From Lingula anatina (lineage: Eukaryota; Animalia; Brachiopoda): DNA of 64,000 bases. The notes under the pieces were generated by a model that saw only the letters and a program-made list of their open reading frames with translations, was not told where the DNA came from and made no database searches. The translations under genes were made by a program, and so were the position numbers. Shown in pieces: positions 1 through 13,200 of this stretch (position 1 is its first letter; every line of letters begins with the position of its first letter). The DNA is taken from assembly GCA_051362555.1 (NCBI GenBank), contig CM120640.1:9610001-9674000 (forward strand), written 5' to 3'.

Positions 1-550
1 GCTACATGTAATGCTCACTGTATGAGTTTAACTAATAAACAATTTCAAACAAGCACATCAAATGGACAAATGGGCATCAGTATCCAAATGCATTTGACAA
101 AAATTATACAAGCTTATAACTGGCCAATTTTGTTATGTTGACATGAAATAACATATGAAAAATAAAGATTAGTGCTTTTGTTTTTGGTTCATATGCTGCC
201 ACTAACCTTTAGCATAGTTTTCAATAACATTGTCTGTAATAAAGTGTCCTTTCTATCCCTGGAAGAAAAGAGATTGAGTTACATAAACTCACATTTCTTA
301 TTCCAACTATCCAGGAAATTCTGTTCAACTTCTTAAAATTCTGTTCAGCAACAAAACTTAATATGCTGACTGACTGGCAAATTATACATTTATGCCCAGT
401 GCTAAAATTAGTACATCAGTTCGTTGTCTTTTTTGAGATAATTACACACATATCCATTATATAGGGAATCCATTATAAAAAGTGAATGAAATGAATTGAC
501 TTTCCAACTAGGTAAGTATTAGCAAGTAAAAATTTTCTTTTTTATCTCAC

Positions 551-3500
551 CCTGAAGAAACATCCTCCTCCAAATCTAGAAGCGGTACTTTCCCCATTAC
601 AAACATCATGATTTCAATCTTCTGATAGTCTGGGAGATTATTGGCAAATTCACCTGTAAAAAATTCAATGAAAAACAATGTTTAAAAAGGTGCAATAAAT
701 AAATCACTTACTTCTAGCTTAAATATAAAAAGAACAAATTAATTGTTCAAAGCATTGTGAACTTGTTAGTGCTATGAAGCGGATTAAGCTTCATTTAAAT
801 TAATGCATGCATCATAATACTCACCTATAGTATTAATAACTGCTTCCTGAAAGTTTTTCTCATCTAGAACCCTTTGCCTGTCAGAGGTCTGTACTGACAC
901 GGAACTCTTAAGATGACGTAACAATGTGTTAAACACCTCAAGAACAGATGGTCCTGAAACATTAAACATAAATGTTATACGCAATTCACATGCCTTGTGA
1001 CCCCACATATTGCAATTTTAACATTAACCTTAATGAATGCAGTTTTAACTGAGGATGAAGGGAACTCTGATAACTCATCATGCATTCACACATGTAAAGA
1101 CATGCGTCTCAACTTCAGTGGCATTTCACTGAAGTTAAGTTTACCTCAATAATCACAAATATTGGGAAGGTCTATCAACTTATGTCCTTTTATAGATCCA
1201 TAAAATCCACATGACTGAATATGCATCTTTGCTTGGTGTAGGAACTTCAAACAAATTTGAAGCTCACTCTCAGTGACCAATAAGTGTGAATATATGGAAG
1301 TTGAAAAAAGATGAATCTGGCACAAATCAGGGAACACTGCCTTCAGATATGTACAGATCCCCCTTGCAGCAAATATCACTGAACCTCAGGGTAAGCTGCC
1401 TTCTCATACCTACAGAACCCCCGGCAGCAATCACCACTGTTTCAGAAACAACGTCAACAATGCCAGCTTTAACTCTAGGCTCATCTTTGTTATGTGCGTC
1501 TAGATGGCTCATGAGATGATGCACTACCATGTGACCATATTGGTCCTGAAAAATGGCACATAAGAACAATGCTAAGAAAGTTTCTTTGCAATTAAAGAGT
1601 ATTTCAAATTAACAACAATTAACTATGCTCTGTTACTGTAATGGTAGGAACATTCCAAGGCTATATCAGGGTTTTCTTCAGTCCAGTGGGCTTTGTCCCT
1701 TGCAAACATTCTTGGCTCCTGAATTTTTTTTTTGCACTTTGTAACATTCCTAGAACTGTATATTTGAGCTCAGCAGTCAATTGAACTAATACATTGCATA
1801 AGACTGTAATCATTATAACAAGGGGTTTTCCTTTCATTACATATGTCATTCACATACTTCAAAGTCTTACCTGCACTGAATACATGAGGATCCTGAAAAT
1901 CTTCACAGCAAACTTGTTCGGAACCCATAGCTTGTGATAGTCCAAATGCCTGGAATTGGATAAAGGGTGCATTACAAAACATTTTTAAATTCTTAATATC
2001 AAACAACAACATCTAGATCTAAAACACAATAACATGGGCAATATCAAAAGAAATAAGACAGAGAGACACTTACTGTAACACTGGTTTCAAAACTGATGTG
2101 ATATTCCCAAATGTAGCCCTACATACTAAATCTCGTAGGACCATTTCAGCCACAACTCCTGGACTTTCATCCTCCTTTGGACTCTCTGGATCATTGTCCA
2201 TACTGGGAAAGTATGATCAATATAGATAGTTTACTATTTGTATTGATTTGTATTAATTTACTATTTGTATTGACTGAACAATAATACACACCAATACACC
2301 ATATTCACCATTTTTTATTATCAACTACCCATTAAGTGTAAGTAGCATCTGCACAAGACTAAAAACATCTAATTTTTTGCATGCCATTAATTATAAACAG
2401 ACAAGTGAATTTCTATCACATCCTGTCAAAAGTTTTTTTTTCATCTGAGCATGTATCATTTCTCTCCCCAATTAAAAAAACTTAATGGTAGATTGATGCT
2501 CACTTGCAACCCTGCAAGCTGTACAACAGTGAAGGGATAATTTTATTCATGTGGACTGGATCCCAGATGTTCACTTGTAAGTCATCACTGACGGTTTTCT
2601 TCACAATGCCCTGAAGACCATGTAGACCAGCAACACGGATCCTGGCAAGGAAAAAAAATGCACTAAAAACCACATAATCACAAATCCCTTTCTCCCAATG
2701 TGGTTTGTCTGGTGATATTTCTTCATTTAAAAGGTGTCTCAGAAACCTTAGTTTAAGGTTGATTTATGTGTTACTTTATCATGTAAACTGGGTATGATCT
2801 GAAGTTATTTATATGCTTATCATACTGAAGGGAAAAAAAGATCCTGCAATTTAATCAATAGCAGCAACTCCTATTTACAAGAGTCAGTTCCTAACAAGAA
2901 ATCAATAGCTGCATTCACACATGTGATGTTGCCAGATGGAAATCAAACTTGTCTGCTGGGACTTGGTGGGAAAATTCATACACTCTGGTTTTACACGTGC
3001 CGTAGGCGATATTCAAATAATCGGAAATTAACAATCAAGTTGTAGCTGAAATGTGTATTTTTAGACTAAATTTGCAGTCCCAAGGCGATATGATCACTCT
3101 TACCTGATTCTTGTTGTCTCAGGTTCAGCACTGCTGTGGCACATTGAGCTAAACTTAGACACAAAGAAGTCATAGGAGCGGTGATATGATGGAGTGTCTT
3201 CTTCTATATTGGCAAATTTTACAAACTGAAAGGCAAAACCAAAAGATTAATTACATTCTTCAGGCACATATCTCACTGAAGATATGTTCAGATTTCAAAT
3301 CAATATAGTGTGAAAATACCAGGCAAAGATGCACCACATGTATTCTAAACAAACAACTACTCGAGTCTACAATTCAATTAATAATGCCTTACTTACAGAC
3401 TGTGAGGCCAAAATTTGTAGCTGAGGCTCAGGGCTTTCCAATGTCTTGTGTACCATCTTCAGGAAGCTCTCCACAAACAAGTTACTATGAGCATGGCAAG

Positions 3501-4410
3501 CTAACAAGAGCTGGTCTAGTGCCTCCATGCTAATACTGACATAGCTAAAATGAGGAAACCAATTAAAAAATATATACTGCTGACAAATAAATGTCTTGAT
3601 AAAAGTTCTTGTAATTTACAATGAAAAAAAAAAAAAACAAGAAATGGAATGCCATGCCACTGAAAGCAGCATGTATAACACATAGCTGAAAAACCACTCT
3701 GAAAACAAATGTTTTAAAGAACAGGTAACCTTAATTCAAAATAATTGTTCACAGCACACTTACCCCGTCCTACTTCTTGTCACATCTCTGCTAAGTCTTT
3801 GCTCCAGATACTGTCCTATGCGGTCTAACTTCTCTGGCTTTGATGTCCCATAGTACACTAATTTTTGCATGTTATCTTTGACCAAGCCATCCTTCAAACA
3901 CAAAAAGATTGCAGATATAACTATAACTACATATAGGCACATTATGCCTCACATTCAAGGAAACAAACTGTCCCACATACTTTAGGGAAGTGAAAAAAAT
4001 ATTATCTTTAGCATTAAGGAAAATCTGTTTCACTTAAATCTGAATGAATAAATCTCACAAGATATGAAAAGCAAAATACCATAGAATCTTCTAAATACTC
4101 TAAATTCTAAATACTATTTGAAATAAACTCACCTCTGGGTTGTCAGGGAATATACTGTCTACCAGTCTCTTGTATCTTGGTTTCAGTGCTGTGCAGCAGC
4201 CACAACAACCTAACAAAACAGTAAAGCAAGGATGGATTCTTCAAAAACAAATACACAACATTTGTATGTATCTGAGGTGGTCAGACCAAAGAGACAAAGT
4301 GCAAGAATAATTTTTGTGTACACCTCAGAATTAGATTTCAGATGTACAATCAATCTACCCTTCGAATCAAAACATTTTCTTGATCTTGTACAAACTGCAA
4401 TAGGTCAAAA

Positions 4411-4457
<47 letters not shown>

Positions 4458-4824
4458 AATAAAAGTTATGTCTGGTTTTTTATGTACCAGATTTCACTAC
4501 ATCTCAGTGCAGTTCACAATGTGCCTGGCATCTTATATGGCTCTGATTTAAAATGATTGCACGAATACATTCTAATGAGGAAAGAGCACAGCTGCCATGC
4601 AATGGCACTGAAAGCTAGCAAACAAAAATATCTTTTGCTGCCAGACCAAGAACTTTATCCCTGCTTCAACCTCTCAGTGCTGAGTGCCAAGGGAAAGCAG
4701 GTGCCATTTATGATGGCATGGTAATGGTACCCCTCCTCCTTCCAACATACAGTTAAGGTTGAACTTGTCTCAGTTTTCAGCTTTACATGCTTGATACTTA
4801 CTACTGGGTAGCATGTTGTAAGGC

Positions 4825-4855
<31 letters not shown>

Positions 4856-5565
4856 CCCAGGCAAAGGTTGGCACTATGTCCTCCTGCTCCAAGGATAGAC
4901 ACTGTGTCCACAAGGCCACCCAATCAGTCACATACAGTATTTAGTATAGCTATTTATTTAATATCTATTTATGGAAAGGAAATTTGGTTCAATCTAAGCA
5001 ATGATCTAAGCAATAGTCATATCACTACAAGACCCCATTTAGACACATTGTACTAGCTGGGTTGGTCCAACTCTGCGGGGATTCTCACTAAGTGCAAGCA
5101 GCGGAATCAGTTTAATTGTCTGACATGCCTCCTAGTGCAGCTTTCGGGGTAATTAAGCAGATTACGCACGAAAGTTAATTACCCCCGCACTGCTTGAGGA
5201 GGCGTATAATTCAGTTTAGCCAACTGCACTTAGTGAGAGCCCCCGCAGTGTTGGATCAACCCAACTATTACGCTATATCTATCTGAATGCTCCCTTACAC
5301 TAACTTAGAGTTACTACAGTACTAGCATAGAAAATTTTACTATGATGGTTAAGTTTTTGAAGTTTTTTTTTCACGGCTACTCGCATTAATTGGAAAATCT
5401 GTACATGGAGAAGTTGAAGCTTGAATAGGTTAATGAAATGGAGAGCTACATGCAACAACAACGAATCATGATTTCCGAGTTTTCACTCACTGAAAACAAC
5501 TACCCCCGCCTATTTTTATTAAGTGCTTACGCCCACTAACCCCTTAAGATAAACATACCTGTCAT
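551..5565 (-). CDS. EFR3: Protein EFR3 homolog (PI4KA plasma-membrane anchor), N-terminal part; gene continues beyond the left edge
   Basis: In-phase GT-AG exons: 5565-5559 (ATGACAG), 4209-4133, 3891-3764, 3544-3397, 3225-3104, 2641-2504, 2202-2074, 1949-1871, 1545-1410, 953-825, 653-551. Translation MTGCCGCCTALKPRYKRLVDSIFPDNPEDGLVK...PEKLDRIGQYL...FVKFANIEEDTPSYHRSYDFFVSKFS...GPSVLEVFNTLLRHL...NLPDYQKIEIMMFVMGKVP matches EFR3A/B, including the N-terminal Cys palmitoylation cluster. Confidence 0.96.
4408..4460. repeat. (AAAT)n microsatellite in EFR3 intron 1
   Basis: Tandem aaat run seen directly. Confidence 0.9.
5054..5267. mobile_element. Foldback (MITE-like) element, copy 1 of a family
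   Basis: Left arm tagctgggttggtccaactctgcggggattctcactaagtgca is the near-perfect reverse complement of the right arm ending ...ttggatcaacccaacta. An inner pair (gcctcc...ggggtaattaa / ttaattacccc...ggaggc) also matches. Related to the copies at 14035 and 59825. Confidence 0.75.
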
Positions 5566-5764
5566 TGTGCTCCTTTGTAGCTCCTTTTGTAATAAATTTG
5601 TAGTTTTGGTATAAGAAGACAGGAATATTTACAATAAAATACAGAAACAATTTTCGTGCCCCGAAACCTCTGTCATGTTTGTAGTTGCTTATCGATAGAT
5701 GGCGCTCTGATGTAGTTACTCTCAGCATGCTCAAAATGAGAAGGAGCCGGTGCAAAGCAGTTCA

Positions 5765-5820
5765 AGTTAACCTTGGACCTAAATAGAGAAGGCCTTCTCT
5801 ATTTAGGTCCAAGAGTTAAC
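5765..5820. repeat. Perfect 42-bp palindrome (5772-5813) flanked by the 7-bp direct repeat AGTTAAC
   Basis: cttggacctaaatagagaagg|ccttctctatttaggtccaag, with agttaac at 5765-5771 and 5814-5820. Confidence 0.9.
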
Positions 5821-7205
5821 CAAAGAGTTAATTTAATATACAAGCCAACAAGACTAGCTATTTTCTTATTCAAGTAACCTAAATTATCTTTTTAAAACTT
5901 TGTTTAGCTGTGCAAATTTTGATTTGACAATGCAGCATTACGCATATGTTTTTTGTTTGTTTTTAATGCATACTCGGTAGCGTTAAATACTCAGTAGAAC
6001 TATAAGGCTTTACATATATACACTTACATGTACAACATATACCCCGTTAAATAATTTTATTGTTGGTAAATTATTTTTATGTCTTTTATTATTTATCCAC
6101 TTAAGTTTCTTAAAGTAAAGTGGCTTCAGTCACGTTCTTTTTAAAAGTCGTGATCTCATTAAAAATAGCTAGTTTTATAGCTTTGTACCCTAGATCTACT
6201 TATTGGTAATAAATTTCTATCCACATTGGTTCAAAAAAGCACTATACCCCATAATAATGAAAGAAGTGTATGCATATATTTTCTGCTGAAAGAAATAAAT
6301 CGGTCTCCAATAAATCATAAACTTGCATGCACATGTACAGTACAAGTACTGGTATTTGATTTTTTTCTCCAAATTACCATGGTGTAACTCGAAACAATTT
6401 TCAAAAACACAGAAATTAAAGCAAGGATTTTATCATATATTTCCAGGTTTTATTTTGAAGAAGACAAAATAACATTTTTTTCAGTTGAAAATTTATTACT
6501 CATGGAATAGGATCAAAGTTCAACAACCATGCATATATGTCATTGATAATGAATGAAGTCTACATGGGTCTACATGAAGGGGAACCTGGTTAGTGGATTA
6601 ATTATTGTATAGTTGCACTGAGATTTCAACAGTGCCTATCCTCAATTAAACAACTAAAATTGTTGCCTTTCAAAATAGCCGATACAAAGACTGGTAATTG
6701 TAAAGTGACTTTGATCAACTTCCAAAGCCATTCAGAAAATGCACCCAGTTAAAATAACTGTAAACATAGCCTATTGTAATTCAATAGCACATTATTTTTC
6801 GTTCTACCCGACTTGTTTGTGACAATCCAATACATGTTCCTGGCTGTAAATAAACACAGCTGTCTTTGAGGCCTAGTATACTGTATTTGACCAGGTCGTG
6901 CTCCAGTTTCAGGTATTGGTTGCTGATAAGGGAGGCCAGTGAAGCTGAATCAGAAATACTGCTACCTGTTGCTAAGCGTCTCAGGAGCCTACACATATGG
7001 CAGCCAAGAAATATAGGGGGACAGGAAGAATCCAAGTTAAGGAACAGCGGTGTACTGTTCACCAGTGCTCCTTTGGACAAAATGCCTGTTTTAAATAGGC
7101 TTAATGTTGTCTGTAGCCCTTGGTCAGTGCTGGAAAAACTGATAAGTGACTACTAGACCTAGTAGTTATTCTGAAGCAGTGATTTCTTCAGCGGATGTCT
7201 TTAAG

Positions 7206-10200
7206 ATGCCACAAATAACAGTTAAGATTGGTAAGGAAACAGCTGGCGGTGTAGATATATATATACAGTATATATATTGTATTAGTGGTTCATTAGGTAG
7301 AATAAGTTAGATATGTCATTTTTAATGTAGGAACCAATATAAGGATCTTTATCCAAACTTTAACAGTTACAGACATTGACTGATCTTTAATCTTTGGTGT
7401 AAGTAAATTTCATATTTTTTTCCATTTTACAGCAAAATAAATTTTCATGTTTAATATTAGAAAAAGTGGCTTCATTACAGATTGTTTGATAGTCTTTCAT
7501 TACCAAGCAGACTTTTTGCATAAATTTTAATAAATTTATGGGCATTCATTTGGTTGATTTTTTTTCATCTATGAGAAAATGTTTTTCTGATGTCTCAGCA
7601 GGTGTCGTTTTAGAAATATTAATGAGCACTGACATGTCAACAGTGCACACTTGTTCACACAAATCACATAAAATATTCCAAAGTTAAAAGTACACATGCA
7701 TTTCCTGAAATTAATTAACACACTTGCTTTAAATGCTAGTTTCAATGTGGATTTTTTAATATACTTTTTGCATTTATCTGAGAGACAAACAGAAATAAAA
7801 CATTTTCTCATTCTTTGATTTGAATTATTCCAGAACCTCCAGAGGTAGAGGAAGAAGATTTGGTGAGTGCAAGTAATTTAAGCTAATGACCTTAGTGAAG
7901 AAAATACATGATAATGGTTGTTTTGATGAACAACATGCTTTCTTCTGAGAAATCCCCACCATGTCTATTTCTTAGCAATAACTTTGTGGTCTGTTAGTTT
8001 TCTAGATTTCATCTATCTTTTTAACAGTGTAGATTATATGGAAAGGAAATCGATGGAAGCAATTTTTGTGTAGGCTGATTTTCCAGCCATACAGGATATA
8101 TCACAAGCATTCAATGAATTTTATGATATTTTTCAAAATATGAGAGTTCATTTTTTGGCTCTATATAAGTACATACCAGTGTTGTACTAGTCAAAAAGAG
8201 TAGCAGTTACATTTTAGATGGCAAATATTGAATCTGGGATTCCTTGTTTATTATAAGTGTACAATATAGGAAAATTGAGTGAGTGAATACTTTCATTGAA
8301 ACAGGAGCAGTGTCTAAAAAATGTAACACCGTACTCCAGTACAACTTCACAGGCCTGTAGCCAGCAATTTCAAAAGGGGGGTTCTTTTACTGAAAAAGTG
8401 GGCCTTTCTCCATAAAAACTTCATGAACCTAGATCAAATTTTACCCAGAGTGGACTGCTTCCCAGCAGAAGGGATGGTTCTTTTGGCCTGCTGCATCTCT
8501 GCCAGAGCTGTTTACCATGTAGAAAGAACATATTGCCATAGGTTACAGAAAATAAAGGTTAATTCTCAGTATGACAGAGAAACAGAACTTTGAATCATTA
8601 ATGTCATTTTCTCCTCTAGATATTAAATGAAAGCAGACCGTTTTTTTTCCATTTTCATTTTATTGTACTTGTAGTTTGCTCTGCTTCAGATTGGCTCAAT
8701 TCATGACATCTCTCCTGATATATCCCATTTCCCCCCGGTTACACAAACACTTGAAAAACAAATGTTTTCTTTCTTTCTCTTTCATAGCAACTCATTTTCC
8801 TCTTACAGGTGACCTGGGGTGTAGGTGAAGGATTTACACAGTAAATAATTATTCACATTAAGCAAATATTCTCTGCCAAAAGCAGCTGTGGTCCATTTCA
8901 AAAATTTCACGGCTCTTTGATAAGAATGTCTTTTTGCATTATTATTCAACTTGACTCACTCTAGCTGATACCAGCATAATACAGACAACTTATTAACATA
9001 TAAAAGTCTTGATAGAATAAATATGTAAGGTGTTTATCTCTTATCTTTAGTTTCAGGGGAGACATTTTAAACAGAACTACTATATTTCTTTTACCAGGTT
9101 GGGTTTTCAGTGCAAAAAACATGGGAATAGTTACAGCACGGTTCATGTCACCACTTTTATGCTTGTCATACTTTGGGAACCTAGGTGACACGGAAAATAT
9201 TTTTTTAAGGCTGCTGTTGGACTTGTTATCTTTGATCTGCCAGCTGTAACCTGATGTATTGTGGCTCATAAATGTAAACATCAAGGTATCATGTAGAATG
9301 TGGTCCCATCTGAACAAAAACTTTTGAGTTGATATAGTATTATACTTGTTTACAAGTGATAGTTGACAGGGCTTTATCTAAATGTATTGTAGGATATCCA
9401 AATAATAAAAGCTATAGAAAAAGATTAGGGTAATCCGTTATTATAGAAGTTTGGTGTGATTGGTATTATATACCTTTCTTAGACAGGTAATGTGGCATTG
9501 TGATATAGGTTGCCTCTTATCAGGGACGTCTGATTGAAATATTATAGGTACTATGTGCAGTAATGCTGTGTAGGCAATTTTGATGATAAAATTGATTTGC
9601 AAATAGAATTTTTTAAAAATATGTTTGTTAAGTGCATGTTAAAACAATGATGGAATGTGATATGCTATAATTTTCTATTGAAGTTTTTACATTAATTGAG
9701 AAGTGGAAGAAGCACTGGATTGAAAAAAACTACAAAGGAAATTTCTCTCTCAGACAAAACTGAAATAAGGCCTTTCAGAAATCACTCCCAGCATTTAAAC
9801 CCCTGGATAGCAGCTTTAAATTGGACTGCTTCAGAAATTATTCCTATAGTTTTTATTTATAAAGCAAAACAATGTGTTCTGACCTGGCAACCTGGGCGGT
9901 CACTGCCTGGCTGACCAGTCAGTCCCATAGGCCATGTCTGGCTTTTACTTAATAGTAAGGAAATTCCTGTCCATTTTTCTCTTCCCTTTGGGACATTTCA
10001 CAGTTGTTGGGTGTTTAAAGCCTGCGTATTAACCTCCCTCGTGTTAGAGCGCTCAGACCAAAGAAAAGTTACGTAAACTTACTGTTTGGGTTTGACGCAA
10101 TCCACTGTGGGATCAACAGTGACAATTGTATTTCTCATCTTAACACGCTTTGATTGTTAGAATTGCAAATCAATAGGCATGTAATGTATTTGAAAAGTGC

Positions 10201-13200
10201 ATTGATTAGTTTCACTGTAGCTGAGGTAGTAATGTGTAAATATGTTTTGTTAATCAATTATGAGAACACTTGTGACTAAATTTGGAAGGTAGTGGAAACT
10301 AAGTGTATAAGGAAACACTATTTATGTAATTGTTTATCGAGAAAGATTAAGAAACTGATGCACACTAGTAATATACCACGACAGATGATTATTTTGAGTG
10401 ATACATTATCACAGTTTTCAGTTGAGAATATCTGGAACATATTGCAATTTTTTCTCTAATTTTTGTTATAACATGCTCCGATTTACCACACCTGTTGTAA
10501 GTTACTTATTATTTTTTAAATGTAAAATATGGCCTATTATGATGACTAAATCTCTGTCAGAATAGGTCAAATTTGCAAATTTGGCAACACAGTAATGATG
10601 TTTGGGAACTTCATATTTAATTATATACTGAAATATATGTTTTCAAGCTTGGGAAGGGGAAAATACAGTCACTTTTTTTTCAACAAAATTTTTATCCTTT
10701 GTAGAGATTAAGCAGTTGACAGTCACTTTTTTTTTTTTACAAAAATTTCATCCTTTGTAGAAATTAAGCAGGTCGACTAAATCTATGTACGTACATCAGT
10801 ACATCAGCCATACATGCATCGTACAACAGATCAAATGAAACTTAGCTTTATCACTACCCTATAGGCACTAATACCCTAGTATATTTTCCTGATTTTGGTG
10901 CTGGTCTATCTGTTTAACAAGGGGTACCCTTCCCCATACTGGTAACTTAGGAAGTTAAGAGATTAGCATATAGACACAGCTTTGTCTCCAGGCTATGCGT
11001 GTTGGCTGTCGCTAAGGTGGGTTACATGCTGTCTCTTGCTTAATGTATAACCTTTGACATATTGATGAAAATAAACTTAACACTCTTTTTGGTGAATTTT
11101 TACTTTATGATACCATGTTTTAGGTTTATTTAATTTTGCTTGTTTATTTATGTATATTATTTATTTATTTATTGTTTTATTTTTATTTATTATTTATTTA
11201 TTTGTCAAGATGAAGTGGGCATAACTGCATGATATTCTATTCCCTGAGTACTCGCATGTGTGAATCCTGAAATTGGAGAGAGAGAGAGAGAGAGAGAGAC
11301 GACTGTTAATAAGCCAGTTGTGAAGTCAATAAGAAAGTCTTTAGCAGATTCTAATCAATACTGTGTATTTTACTCTGTGGCGACTAAATCATTGATCCCA
11401 ACTTAGTAGTGCAAGGATTGCATTCAGTTACATTTGATTCTGGTTGTTCCTGTTGTCAGCCTTCCACATTGTGCAGTGTACAGGACTGGTAGAAAAGTAA
11501 ACTATTACTCCCAATCAATACCTACTTTACTGTAATCCATGTCTTGTGAGCTTAATGTTATTACTTTGGCCCTGATCATGCTGGCTGTTTGGTAACAGTG
11601 ATTTTACATTATCCCTGTGTCAACAGTCACAGGTAGTGTCCAGAGGAGTTCTGTGTGATGAAATCCTCAGAACAAAAGGCTAATAATTACATCTCTTCAA
11701 TATTTGCACCTTTGATAAAGTGAACATTCCTCAGTCAGTGCTCTAAAACTGAGCCCTTGATTCCCGGGCAACAGCCTAGTGCTTTTCATCCTCCCTTTTT
11801 TGTACTGATATATTAATCATTTGGGTTCCCTGTCCTTAATTATCAAATGATAGTATGTGGTTGTGCAAGCATCACAGTCCCCTGTGTTTGGATAGCTCTG
11901 TATGGGAGAATACTTAATGGACCTAGAAAACTTGAATGGGCTTAATGGAGCGAGTTGACAGAGACACATAACTGCAATAGCAAGCTTGTAGCCAGTCACA
12001 GTCTTGTATGTTTGGATAAAAGTTAACAGAAATCCTAATGCTTATAAGAATATCAAAATTCAGGGATAAGTAGACTTTGATAGGATTTGGACCTGATGGT
12101 GACAATCAGAGAAGAAAGCAGGCATTTTGTAAGTGTATTGTTAAGTTTAAGTGATATTTGTGTTGTTGATGTAGCTCTTTAATGTTGTCCTTGACAACAT
12201 GTTCTTTTTGCCATCAATTGGTTTTTATGGCAGAATGAGTTGAAATATGATCATATCATTTATTACGTGTACCAGTACCCTAAACATATGAAGATTAGTT
12301 AATATCCATTATAAGTTATTTATCTAGCCATATCTTTACTGAGTGTTAATATTTTGTGTGTGTACATGTATGTGTGATAAGACCTGTGTCATCTGAAAAA
12401 GGGAAAATATCTGGAATTAAAAGAAAGGGTAAATTAACCCCCTCTTTATATACCAATTAAATTGGTTACAAGATGAATATTTATTGTATTAGTATATTCT
12501 GTCATCAATTATCACTCTTGAAACATAGAAGGAACCAGTATTTATGTTTATTGTTTTAAGTGTATTTTTGCATTTTTACATTATATTTCATATTGGACTT
12601 GATAATGTCACATCTGTACATGCATATCATGATTATTTTGTTTGACTGCCAAGATTGCAAGATATCTAGAGCAACATGTGGAAAAGTAGCATATCATGGT
12701 GATGTATGATTATGGGACATCTGGTGATCTGTTTTTCAACATTTTTTTCTTTTTTAAAAAAAATTTAGAACAGATTATGGATTGGTGATATTTCCTTTTA
12801 TTTTATTTCAGGAGGATCTGTTGGCCACAGATGGACTTTTCATAGAATATTTCAACACCTTTTTGTCCTTGCCAGTAAGTTTAGATATTGACAAAGATAA
12901 TGTTGCTCAATTTAGTTATGTTAATTATGTTTTACATTACTGATACACAGTTAATTGTTCTGCTTGTACTTTGTACTTGAAAAAAGTTTAACTTAAGAAA
13001 AAAATTTTTCTCCATGAATCATTACACATTTGTATTAAGTTCAGTTATGTTACTGCAGTTGAATTGTCATTAAGAAAAATATAAACAGTGTAACAATATG
13101 AATTTATTCATTTGACTTATAACAGGAGGTTGACTTTGTGAAAGAAAAGAAAATGCTTTCCTACTCAGAAAAATATTGTGCCAAACAATTGTGTGTGTGT

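Noticed and set aside
1071-1137. Possible C/D snoRNA (ATGATGA on the minus strand) and a 10-bp hairpin in an EFR3 intron
   Set aside because: No downstream CTGA D box or terminal stem; the hairpin alone is too short to interpret.
6781-7156. Overlapping 96-99 aa ORFs on both strands upstream of RGS22
   Set aside because: Non-ATG starts and no recognisable homology; better explained as the GC-richer promoter and 5' UTR of RGS22.
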